Positions 9,281 to 18,635 of a stretch of 64,000 nucleotides of DNA are shown here, piece by piece. The DNA comes from Candidatus Spyradocola sp. GTDB lineage: Bacteria > Bacillota > Clostridia > Christensenellales > UBA1750. How positions within the stretch are numbered: the stretch's first letter is position 1; every line of letters begins with the position of its first letter. Both the position numbers and the translations under genes were made by a program. The notes beneath the pieces are model-generated. The model searched no databases and was not told where the DNA came from. It saw only the letters and a program-made list of their open reading frames with translations. The stretch is from positions 455-64,454 of the forward strand of contig JAXEXP010000102.1 in assembly GCA_034113365.1 (NCBI GenBank), read 5' to 3'.

Positions 9281-9664
9281 TTAATTCTCCTCCCGCAGCG
9301 GCCAGTCGATCTCCACCATGCCCGCCCGCAGCGCTGTCCGCGCCGATTTTTCGTTGTCCGCGCTGCACAGGTAGAGCACGGGGCCGTCCGCCGCGCACAG
9401 CGCCGCCTGCACGCAGGCCACGGCATACCCGCGCCCGCGGTGGCGCACGTCGGTCTCCACCGTGATGTGGCGAAATCCCCTCCCGTCGGGCTCGCGCAGC
9501 ACCGCCCACGCCACGATGCGCCCGTCGCGCTCCACGCCCCAGGCGTCGCCCTTTGGCATGCGCACCGCGCCGGAAACGGGCAGGCTGCCGTCCAGCGGGC
9601 GCACGGGGATCTCCGGCCGGACCGTCTTTCCGGGCACAAACGCCCGAATCTTCGCATTTTTCAT
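9281..9664 (-). CDS. GNAT family N-acetyltransferase
   Basis: Start at the ATG at 9664 (GGAG 7 nt upstream). The acetyl-CoA binding region is VETDVRHRGRGYAVACV. 127 aa. Confidence 0.75.
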   Translation of the reverse strand: MKNAKIRAFVPGKTVRPEIPVRPLDGSLPVSGAVRMPKGDAWGVERDGRIVAWAVLREPDGRGFRHITVETDVRHRGRGYAVACVQAALCAADGPVLYLCSADNEKSARTALRAGMVEIDWPLREEN

Positions 9665-9695
9665 ACCTTTTCTCCATTCTGACCGCAAAGCCGAG

Positions 9696-12008
9696 GTGAC
9701 GTTATCCGTGGAAAAGACCGCTTACCGCGCGTCGGTGCACGCCGTGGTGGAGTTCGCGCTGATGGGCGGCGATCTCGTGCCCGGGGCGTCCGCGGCGCGT
9801 CTGCTCGAGGGCGTGCGCGGCCACCGCAGCCTGCAGGACGTGGCCGAGGAGGGCGTGCTCAACGAGGTGCCCGTGCGCTGCACCGTCGAGGGCGCGCGCG
9901 TGTCGCTGACCGTCCACGGCCGCATCGACCGCCTGCATCGCCTGGACATGCTCGAGGAGATCAAGACCGTGCTGGGACAGGCGCCCGAGCAGGGCGACCC
10001 GCTGCACTGGGCGCAGGCCGAGTGCTACGCGCACATGCTCTGCCAGCAGGAGGATCTGCCCTTCCTGAACGTGCGCATCACCTACTTAAACCTCTCCGAC
10101 GGCGACATCACGCGCCTGACGCGCACGCTCACGCGAGAAGCCCTCGCCGAGCGGTTCCAGAGCTACGTCGCGCCCTACCTCGCCCGCCTCGAGCGCATGG
10201 ACGCCCACCGCGCGGCGCTGCGCACGCAGATGGAGGCGCTGGCCTTCCCCTACCCCGCCTACCGCACCGGCCAGCGCGAGCTCGCCGCTGAGATCTACCG
10301 CACCATCCGCGACGGCAAGATGCTGCTGGCCCAGGCGCCCACCGGCACGGGCAAGACCATGGCGGCGCTGTTTCCGGCGCTCAAGGGCGTCGGCGCGGGC
10401 TGCGTGGAGCGCATCTTCTACCTGACGGCGCGCACCACCGCGCGGCAGGCCGCGTTCGACGCGCTCTCCCTGCTGCCTGCGAGCGAGCTGCGTGCCATCG
10501 CGCTGTACGCACGGGAAAGCTGCTGCGCGCAGGAGCGCCCCATCTGCCGCTCCGGGCTATGCGCGCGCCAAACCGGCTACTACGACCGCCTGCCCGCGGC
10601 GCTGGACGACGCGCTGGCACAGGGCGGGCCCTTCACGCGCGAGCGGGTGCGCGAGATCGCCGACGCCCACGGCCTTTGCCCCTTTGAGTTCTCGCTGGAT
10701 CTGTCGCTGGAATGTGACGTGATCGTGTGCGACTACAACTATGTGTTCGACCCGCGCGTGCGTCTGCAGCGCTACGCGACGGGCGGCCGCAAGGGCCAGG
10801 TGCTGCTCATCGACGAGGCGCACAACCTCCCTGACCGCGCCCGCGACATGTACTCCGCCGCGCTCTCCGTCCGCCAGCTCAATGCCGCGCGCAAGAGCAT
10901 CGACAAGAGCCGCCGCAGGGAGCCGCTCTACCTCAGTCTGCGCGCGCTGTGCAAGGCCATCTGCGCCGCAGCCGCCGAGGGCGACCTTCCCCGCGCCGAG
11001 CGCGACCCCCGGCCGGACATCGCCGAGCGCTGCGAGGACGCGCTGTGCGAACTGGGCGCGTCCGACGCGCTGCCGGGCGAGGCGGCGTCGCAGCTGTCGC
11101 TTGCGCTGTCCTCCTACCTCTACCACGCCGCGCACTGGGATGAAAACGACTATCTGCTCTTCTCCGGCGGCAAAACCGCGCCCACGCTGACGCTGTTCTG
11201 CGCCGACGCCGCACAAAAAACCGCCGCAGTGCTCAAGCGCAGCCGCGCGGCGGTGCTGTTCTCGGCGACGCTCAGCCCGATGGAGTTCTATAAAACGCTG
11301 ACCGGCGCATCGCCCGATGCCGCCTGCGTCTACCTGCTCTCGCCCTTTCCGCAGGATCACCTGCTGGTGCTGCATCTGCCCGTCAGCACGCGCTATGCCG
11401 CCCGTGAGCGCACGCTGCCCCGCGTCGCCTCGGCGATCCTGGCCTTTGCGCAGGCCCGGCAGAACGGCAATTTCATCGCGTTCTTCCCCTCCTACGCCTA
11501 CCTGTCCAAAGCAAGGGAGCTGCTCGAAGGCGCGCTGGACGAGGGCACAGAACTGCTCGTGCAGGAGCAGCAGATGGACGAAACGGCGCGCGCGCAGTTT
11601 CTCGCGCGCTTTACGCCCGAGCCAAAGGGCCGGCTGCTGGCGCTGTGCGTGCTGGGCGGCGCGTTCTCCGAGGGCGTGGACTTGCCCGCCGAGCGGCTGT
11701 GCGGCGCGGCCATCGTGGGCGTGGGCCTGCCGCAGGTGGGCGTGGAGCGCGACACGCTCAAGGCCCGCTATGAGGAAAATTACGGCAGCGGCTACGCCTA
11801 TGCCTACGCCTACCCCGGCCTTGGCAAGGTGCTGCAGGCGGCGGGGCGCATCATCCGCTCCGAGCGCGACCGCGGCGCGCTGCTGCTCATCGACGACCGC
11901 TACGCCCGCGAGGACTACCGCGCCCTGCTGCCGCCGCACTGGTCGCCCATTCCCGTGCGCACCGACGCGGAGATCGCCGCCCGCACCGCGCAGTTCTTCG
12001 GTGAATAG
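9696..12008 (+). CDS. XPD/DinG-family Fe-S DNA helicase with an N-terminal PD-(D/E)XK nuclease-like domain
   Basis: Walker A is AQAPTGTGKT and the DEAH box is LLIDEAHNL. The Cys cluster CCAQERPICRSGLC...HGLCPFE is present. The N-terminal part has a GRIDRL...LEEIKT...QAECY pattern. The start is uncertain (GTG 9696 or GTG 9708), and the ORF-track start at 9462 overlaps the GNAT gene. Confidence 0.8.
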   Translation: MTLSVEKTAYRASVHAVVEFALMGGDLVPGASAARLLEGVRGHRSLQDVAEEGVLNEVPVRCTVEGARVSLTVHGRIDRLHRLDMLEEIKTVLGQAPEQGDPLHWAQAECYAHMLCQQEDLPFLNVRITYLNLSDGDITRLTRTLTREALAERFQSYVAPYLARLERMDAHRAALRTQMEALAFPYPAYRTGQRELAAEIYRTIRDGKMLLAQAPTGTGKTMAALFPALKGVGAGCVERIFYLTARTTARQAAFDALSLLPASELRAIALYARESCCAQERPICRSGLCARQTGYYDRLPAALDDALAQGGPFTRERVREIADAHGLCPFEFSLDLSLECDVIVCDYNYVFDPRVRLQRYATGGRKGQVLLIDEAHNLPDRARDMYSAALSVRQLNAARKSIDKSRRREPLYLSLRALCKAICAAAAEGDLPRAERDPRPDIAERCEDALCELGASDALPGEAASQLSLALSSYLYHAAHWDENDYLLFSGGKTAPTLTLFCADAAQKTAAVLKRSRAAVLFSATLSPMEFYKTLTGASPDAACVYLLSPFPQDHLLVLHLPVSTRYAARERTLPRVASAILAFAQARQNGNFIAFFPSYAYLSKARELLEGALDEGTELLVQEQQMDETARAQFLARFTPEPKGRLLALCVLGGAFSEGVDLPAERLCGAAIVGVGLPQVGVERDTLKARYEENYGSGYAYAYAYPGLGKVLQAAGRIIRSERDRGALLLIDDRYAREDYRALLPPHWSPIPVRTDAEIAARTAQFFGE

Positions 12009-12057
12009 TGTAAGAAACACCCCCACACCACAAGATGCGCAGCAATGATTCACTATT

Positions 12058-12576
12058 TTATTCCACCAGCAGCCCTTCTTTGCGCAGCGCCTGCACGATG
12101 CTCTCCAGCTCCTCCTGTCCCGGCGCCTCCAGCGTGTGCAGGTGCACGCCGCCGGTGAGCATGGAGATGGGCGTGGTGCCCTCCGTCTCAAAGTGCGCCA
12201 TGAACACGTTCACGCCCGCGCGGGAGCGCAGCATCAGCGGCGCGGAGATCTCTCCGTACACGGGGTGCTCGATGGAAACGTCCACCACCGTGCCGCCGTT
12301 ATCTACAATGAGCTCCAGTTCCCTGCGCATGGCGGCGTTGTCCGTGTGCCGGGCGGCCACCACGCGTCTTGCGGCAGCGCCCGCTGCGGACGCGGGCATC
12401 AGATACCCCTCCGGCGTGGCGAATATATTGGCCCCGCCCGTGCGCAGCAGCGCGATGTCCTGCACGATCACCTGACGGCTGACGCCCATGCGCCGGGCAA
12501 GCTCGGTGCCGGTGATGGGCTGGGTGCCTCCGCGCAGCAGCTGCAATATGGTGCTGCGCCTCTCCTTTGCGTCCAT
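12058..12576 (-). CDS. niaR: transcription repressor NiaR/NadR (HTH_11 + 3H domain)
   Basis: 172 aa. The N-terminal HTH is ITGTELARRMGVSRQVIVQDIALLR. The C-terminal 3H domain shows HTL and His-containing motifs. Confidence 0.85.
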   Translation of the reverse strand: MDAKERRSTILQLLRGGTQPITGTELARRMGVSRQVIVQDIALLRTGGANIFATPEGYLMPASAAGAAARRVVAARHTDNAAMRRELELIVDNGGTVVDVSIEHPVYGEISAPLMLRSRAGVNVFMAHFETEGTTPISMLTGGVHLHTLEAPGQEELESIVQALRKEGLLVE

Positions 12577-12594
12577 TTTTTGCTCCCTTCTGCG

Positions 12595-13302
12595 CTAGTC
12601 GCGGTTGTTTCGCCCGCGGCCGACGATGGTCAGCAGACGCAGCAGCTGCGCCACGGCGGCAAGTGCGGACGTCAGGTAGGTGGACGCCGCCGCCGACAGC
12701 ACCTTGCGCGCCTTGGGCGCCTCGTCCGCCTCCAGCAGACCGCAGTCCGTCAGCGCCCTCATCGCGCGCCGGGAGGCGTTCAGCTCCACCGGCAGCGTGA
12801 TCAGCTGAAAGGCCACCGCCAGCGCGTACAGCGCCACGCCCGCCAGCGCCAGATAATAGGAGTTCAGCAGCAGCCCCACCAGCAGCAGCGGAATGGACGC
12901 CTGCGAGCCAAAGTTGACCAGCGGCACGATGGAGTTGCGCAGCATCAGCGGCGCATAGCTCTGCGCGTGCTGGATGGCATGTCCCGCCTCGTGCGCGGCC
13001 ACGCCCAGCGCCGCGATGGAATTGGAGTCGTACACGCTCTCGGATAATTGCAGCGTCTTGTTCTTTGGATTATAATGGTCGGTGAGGTTGCCGCGCACGC
13101 GGCCGATGGCCACGTCGTAGACGCCCTGGCTGTTCATCACCATCTGGGCCGCCTGCGCCGCCGTCACGCCGGACCGCGCCGCCACGCGGGAGAATTTGCG
13201 GAACGTGCTCTGCACCGCGCCCTGCGCGATCATGCCCAGCACCGCCGCGATGATGACCAGCAGCATCGCATCATAATAGGTAAAGTGGAGTTCATACGGC
13301 AT
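12595..13302 (-). CDS. zinc metallopeptidase, YugP family
   Basis: Start trimmed to the ATG at 13302 (GGAGGTG upstream). The HExxH motif is in VAAHEAGHAIQHA, and membrane helices flank it. 235 aa. Confidence 0.85.
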   Translation of the reverse strand: MPYELHFTYYDAMLLVIIAAVLGMIAQGAVQSTFRKFSRVAARSGVTAAQAAQMVMNSQGVYDVAIGRVRGNLTDHYNPKNKTLQLSESVYDSNSIAALGVAAHEAGHAIQHAQSYAPLMLRNSIVPLVNFGSQASIPLLLVGLLLNSYYLALAGVALYALAVAFQLITLPVELNASRRAMRALTDCGLLEADEAPKARKVLSAAASTYLTSALAAVAQLLRLLTIVGRGRNNRD

Positions 13303-13457
13303 AGTTCCAAACACCTCCGTCGTTTCTGCTTCAATTATATATAAAACTTTTCCTCCCGTAAAGCACCTTTGACTCAAATCCGCATCTGCGCGCACCAAAG
13401 CCGCGCTTTCCCCTCTGCAAACAGCATTCCCACTTTTGACCCCAAGGAGCCAACGAC

Positions 13458-14588
13458 ATGAACTACAAAGCAGACGAATTCGACTACGAGGCGGAATACC
13501 AGCGCCTGCGCAAGGGCGTGGCGCGCGCCAACATACTGCTGCTGGGCGCGTCCGGCGCGGGCAAGAGCTCCGTCATCAACCACGTGTTCGGCCGGGAAAT
13601 GACGCAGGCGGGGCCGGGGCAGTCCGTCACGCGCGGCGTCATCCCCTGCTCCAGCGACGACATGCCTGTGGTGCTCTACGACACCGAGGGCTACACCGCA
13701 GGCTCTGCCGGCATGGACGCCTTTGAGCGCAACGTGCTCGCCTTTGCCGACCGCCTTGCCGCCGAGCGCCCGGGCGACCTCTCCTGCCGCATCCACGTGG
13801 CGTGGTTCTGCATCTCGCTGGCCGCAAAGCGCGTCACCGATACCGACGTGCGCCTTGTGCGGGCGCTGCGCGAGCGCGGCATCCCCGTCTGCCTGGTGCT
13901 GACGCACGCCGACGCGGCCGACGCGCAGGAGCTTGCCGCGATGCAGCGCACGCTGACCGACCGCCTGCCCGACGTCCCCCAGTTCCTCACCTGCGCCCTG
14001 CCCGAGCTGCAGGAGCCGCTGCGCGGTCTGCTGCAATGGGACGACCTGCTCTCCTGGTCGCTGGACAGCCTGGAGCCTTCGCTGCGCGAGGGCTTCATCT
14101 CGGCGCTGCACCTGGAGCTGGAACGCAAGAAAAAGCTGGTGATGGGCTCCATCGTGCCGCGCTACACCGCGGGCGCGGCGGCCGTGGGCGCGGTGCCGCT
14201 TTCCTTCTCCGACGCGGTGCTGCTCGTGCCGCTGCAAACCACCATGACGCTGCATATCCTCAACGTCTACGGCATCGAGAAGATCTCCCAGCCCATCAGC
14301 GGCCTGGTCGGCTCCATGCTGATGACGCAAGTGGGCAAGAGCACCGCCGCCGGGCTGCTCAAGCTGATCCCGGGCGTGGGGTCGCTGCTGGGCGGGGCCG
14401 TGACCGCCGCGGTCGCGGGCACGCTGACGGGCGCGCTGGGCTACGCCATCTGCGAGCTTTCGCACCTGTACGCCTACAAGGTGCTGGTGGAGCACGAGAA
14501 CCTGAGCGCCATCGACTGGTTCGACCCCAAGCAGGTGGAGCGGCTGATGCGCGAATACATCTCCCGGCAGAAGAAGAACAGGGACTGA
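13458..14588 (+). CDS. P-loop GTPase with a C-terminal DUF697-like membrane domain
   Basis: G1 is GASGAGKSS, G3 is DTEG and the G4-like motif is THAD. The C-terminal third is Gly/Ala-rich and hydrophobic (GAAAVGAVPLSF...IPGVGSLLGGAVTAAVAGTLTGALGYAI). AAGGAG RBS. Confidence 0.7.
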   Translation: MNYKADEFDYEAEYQRLRKGVARANILLLGASGAGKSSVINHVFGREMTQAGPGQSVTRGVIPCSSDDMPVVLYDTEGYTAGSAGMDAFERNVLAFADRLAAERPGDLSCRIHVAWFCISLAAKRVTDTDVRLVRALRERGIPVCLVLTHADAADAQELAAMQRTLTDRLPDVPQFLTCALPELQEPLRGLLQWDDLLSWSLDSLEPSLREGFISALHLELERKKKLVMGSIVPRYTAGAAAVGAVPLSFSDAVLLVPLQTTMTLHILNVYGIEKISQPISGLVGSMLMTQVGKSTAAGLLKLIPGVGSLLGGAVTAAVAGTLTGALGYAICELSHLYAYKVLVEHENLSAIDWFDPKQVERLMREYISRQKKNRD

Positions 14589-14617
14589 CGCGGGATCCCC
14601 GCTGTTGAGGTGCTGGC

Positions 14618-15751
14618 ATGAAGCCATTTGAGGTCAACATACTGGTCGCGGGCCGCACGGGCTGCGGCAAGAGCGCATTTGTCAACTATCTGTACGGCGC
14701 GCCGGTGCGCGACACGGGCGCAGGCCGCCCCGTCACCGAGCGCGGCCTGTTCTGCGAGCGCCTGACGCTGCCCGACGGCGTCACGCTCAACGTGCACGAC
14801 ACCTGGGGCATGGAGCCCGACCGCGCTGCCGAGTGGGAGGCGCTTCTGCTGAACGAGATGGAACAGCGCGCCCAAGGCGACGTTTCGGACTGGTTCCACA
14901 CCGTGTTTTACTGCTTTTCCGCCGCCTCTGCGCGCGTGGAGAACTGCGAGCTGTCGCTGCTGCACAGGCTAATGCAGCAGGGCTGCCAGGTGCTGGCCGT
15001 GCTGACGCATTGCGACGCGCCGGGCGCACCCGAGGCCGCGAAAGAACTGCGCCGTGTACTGACCGAGAACTGCGGCATGGACGCGCGCGACGTGCTCGAG
15101 GTCTGCTCGGTGGAAAAGACGCTGCTCACGGGCAAAACCGTGCGCCCCTTCGGCCGCGAGCGCGTGCTGGAGCGGCTGCGGGAGGGGCTGTGGCCATCGC
15201 TGCGGGCGCGCTGCATCGCCTCGCTGCGCGCGTTTGCGGAGGGCGAGGTCGAGCGGTGGGCGGAGCTTGGCGAGGAGCTGATCGCGCGCAAGGTGCGCTT
15301 TTTCAACATGCTCAGCCCCAAGCTCTCCGACGCGCTGTCGGACAGCCTCAACCGCGCCGCGCAGGGCGTGATGGACGAGGTGCAGCGCCGCACCTCCGCG
15401 CTGCTGTCCGGGTGCCTGGACGCCTACGGCTGCCTGATGCACCTGTACGGCACGCCGGGCGTGCGCGTGCTGGCCCCCGAGCTGCCCGCCATAGAGCCGC
15501 TGCGCTGCGCGCTGACCGCCTCCGAGCGCAGCGCCTACGCCTTCACCGCCGCGCTGCTGGCGCTCATCCCCGTCTACAACCTCACCGTCCCCTACAAGAC
15601 CCTGCACGCCCGCCGCAGCGAGATCACCCTCCAGCTGATGAAGCAGCGCCTGAACATGCTCGAGCAGCTGCGGCTGTACCTTGCCGACGTCGAGCGCACG
15701 CTGCTCGCGCTGCGCACGGAAGAAGCCCGCGACGCGGAGGCTTCCGCGTGA
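14618..15751 (+). CDS. P-loop GTPase, paralog of the upstream gene, with a helical C-terminal region
   Basis: G1 is GRTGCGKSA, G3 is DTWG and the G4-like motif is THCD. It starts 29 nt after the upstream paralog and is almost the same length (377 vs 376 aa). Confidence 0.65.
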   Translation: MKPFEVNILVAGRTGCGKSAFVNYLYGAPVRDTGAGRPVTERGLFCERLTLPDGVTLNVHDTWGMEPDRAAEWEALLLNEMEQRAQGDVSDWFHTVFYCFSAASARVENCELSLLHRLMQQGCQVLAVLTHCDAPGAPEAAKELRRVLTENCGMDARDVLEVCSVEKTLLTGKTVRPFGRERVLERLREGLWPSLRARCIASLRAFAEGEVERWAELGEELIARKVRFFNMLSPKLSDALSDSLNRAAQGVMDEVQRRTSALLSGCLDAYGCLMHLYGTPGVRVLAPELPAIEPLRCALTASERSAYAFTAALLALIPVYNLTVPYKTLHARRSEITLQLMKQRLNMLEQLRLYLADVERTLLALRTEEARDAEASA

Positions 15752-15876
15752 AAAGCGCACGCAGGACGGCGACCAACAAAATCTTATGCCGTGTTTACGC
15801 CGCTCCCTGTGGTTTTTTGGCAGCGGGCGTGGTATACTAAGTAGTGTATGAATGACGACCATGGAGGAGAATCCCT

Positions 15877-17268
<1,392 letters not shown>

Positions 17269-17308
17269 GCGAGTAACAGACCTATTCATAGAAACGGAGT
17301 GTGTAACT

Positions 17309-18418
17309 TTGGACGACCTGCTACTGCTGTTCGGCAATCTTGCGAACCTGCTGGACTGGCGCATCCCCGTCATGTGGGCCATCGGCGCGCTGCTGATCTA
17401 CCTGGCCATCAAAAAGGACATGGAGCCCACGCTTCTGCTGCCCATCGGCTTTGGCGCGATCCTGGTCAACATCCCCAACGCCGACCTGGTCGGCCCCGAG
17501 GGCGCGCTGACCACGCTGTTCAACGCCGGCATCGCCAACGAGCTCTTCCCGCTGATCCTGTTCATCGGCATCGGCGCGATGATCGACTTTGGCCCGCTGC
17601 TGTCCAACCCCAAGCTGATGCTCTTTGGCGCGGCAGCGCAGTTCGGCATCTTCTTCACGCTGTGCATGGCCTCCATGTTCTTTGACCTCAACGATGCGGC
17701 CTCCATTGCCGTCATCGGCGCGGCGGACGGCCCCACCTCCATCGTGGTGGCGCAGACGCTGAACTCCAAGTATCTGGGCGCCATCATGGTCGCGGCCTAC
17801 TCCTACATGGCGCTGGTGCCCATCATCCAGCCGCCCATCATCAAGCTGCTGACCACCCGCAAGGAGCGGCTCATCCGCATGCCCTATGAGCCCAAATCCG
17901 TCTCCAAGACCACGCGCATCCTCTTCCCCATCATCATCACCGTCATTGCCGCGGTGTTCGCGCCGTCGGCGGCGTCGCTGGTGGGCTTCCTGATGTTCGG
18001 CAACCTCATCCGCGAGTGCGGCGTGCTGGGCTCCCTCTCCGAGACCGCGCAGAAGGTGCTGGCCAACCTCGTGACCATATTCCTTGGCATCACCATCGCG
18101 CTGCGCATGCAGGCCGCCGAGTTCCTCACCTTTGACACGCTGCTCATCCTGGGCCTGGGCCTGATCGCCTTTGTGATGGATACCGCGGGCGGCGTGCTGT
18201 TCGCCAAGTTCCTCAACCTCTTCCTCAAGAAGAAGATCAACCCCATGATCGGCGCGGCGGGCATCTCCGCGTTCCCCATGTCCGGCCGCATCGTGCACAA
18301 GATGGGGCTCAAGGAGGATCCGCAGAACTTCCTGCTGATGCACTCCATCGGCGTCAACGTCTCGGGCCAGATCGCCTCGGTCATCGCCGGCGGCCTGATC
18401 CTGTCGTTCTTCGGCTAA
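17309..18418 (+). CDS. sodium ion-translocating decarboxylase, beta subunit (OadB/GcdB/MmdB family)
   Basis: 369 aa polytopic membrane protein with a TTG start. The motifs FPLILFIGIGAMIDFGPLL and GAAGISAFPMSGR are typical of the beta subunit. Confidence 0.9.
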   Translation: MDDLLLLFGNLANLLDWRIPVMWAIGALLIYLAIKKDMEPTLLLPIGFGAILVNIPNADLVGPEGALTTLFNAGIANELFPLILFIGIGAMIDFGPLLSNPKLMLFGAAAQFGIFFTLCMASMFFDLNDAASIAVIGAADGPTSIVVAQTLNSKYLGAIMVAAYSYMALVPIIQPPIIKLLTTRKERLIRMPYEPKSVSKTTRILFPIIITVIAAVFAPSAASLVGFLMFGNLIRECGVLGSLSETAQKVLANLVTIFLGITIALRMQAAEFLTFDTLLILGLGLIAFVMDTAGGVLFAKFLNLFLKKKINPMIGAAGISAFPMSGRIVHKMGLKEDPQNFLLMHSIGVNVSGQIASVIAGGLILSFFG

Positions 18419-18433
18419 AGGAGGGGCCATGCC

Positions 18434-18580
18434 ATGCAGTTTGATCCTATGAATTTCGTAATCAACCTCAAGTACATGGGTCTTGGCATGCTGGGCATCT
18501 TCGTGGTGCTGGGCATCATCATACTCATCACGCTGGGCCTCGGCCGTCTACCTGCCGGGGAACAGGGCGAGGACAAGTAA
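18434..18580 (+). CDS. OadG-like small membrane subunit (48 aa)
   Basis: It is not in the ORF track because it is under 60 aa. AGGAGG lies 9 nt upstream of the ATG. The product MQFDPMNFVINLKYMGLGMLGIFVVLGIIILITLGLG... has one TM helix, and the gene sits next to oadB. Confidence 0.5.
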   Translation: MQFDPMNFVINLKYMGLGMLGIFVVLGIIILITLGLGRLPAGEQGEDK

Positions 18581-18590
18581 ATCAACCCGG

Positions 18591-18624
18591 GGGGACGGCG
18601 CCGCTGCCGTCCCCTGCTTTTTTC
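18591..18624 (+). terminator. rho-independent terminator after the oadB/oadG-like pair
   Basis: GGGGACGGC-gccgct-GCCGTCCCC followed by TGCTTTTTT. Confidence 0.8.
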
Positions 18625-18635
18625 AAGGAGGAACC

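Noticed and set aside
15752-15876. A possible T-box or attenuator leader upstream of asnS, and likewise upstream of leuA at 31929-32001.
   Set aside because: The intergenic regions are only about 125 and 73 nt and are largely taken up by promoter elements. I found no specifier-loop or T-box (AGGGTGGNACC-like) sequence.
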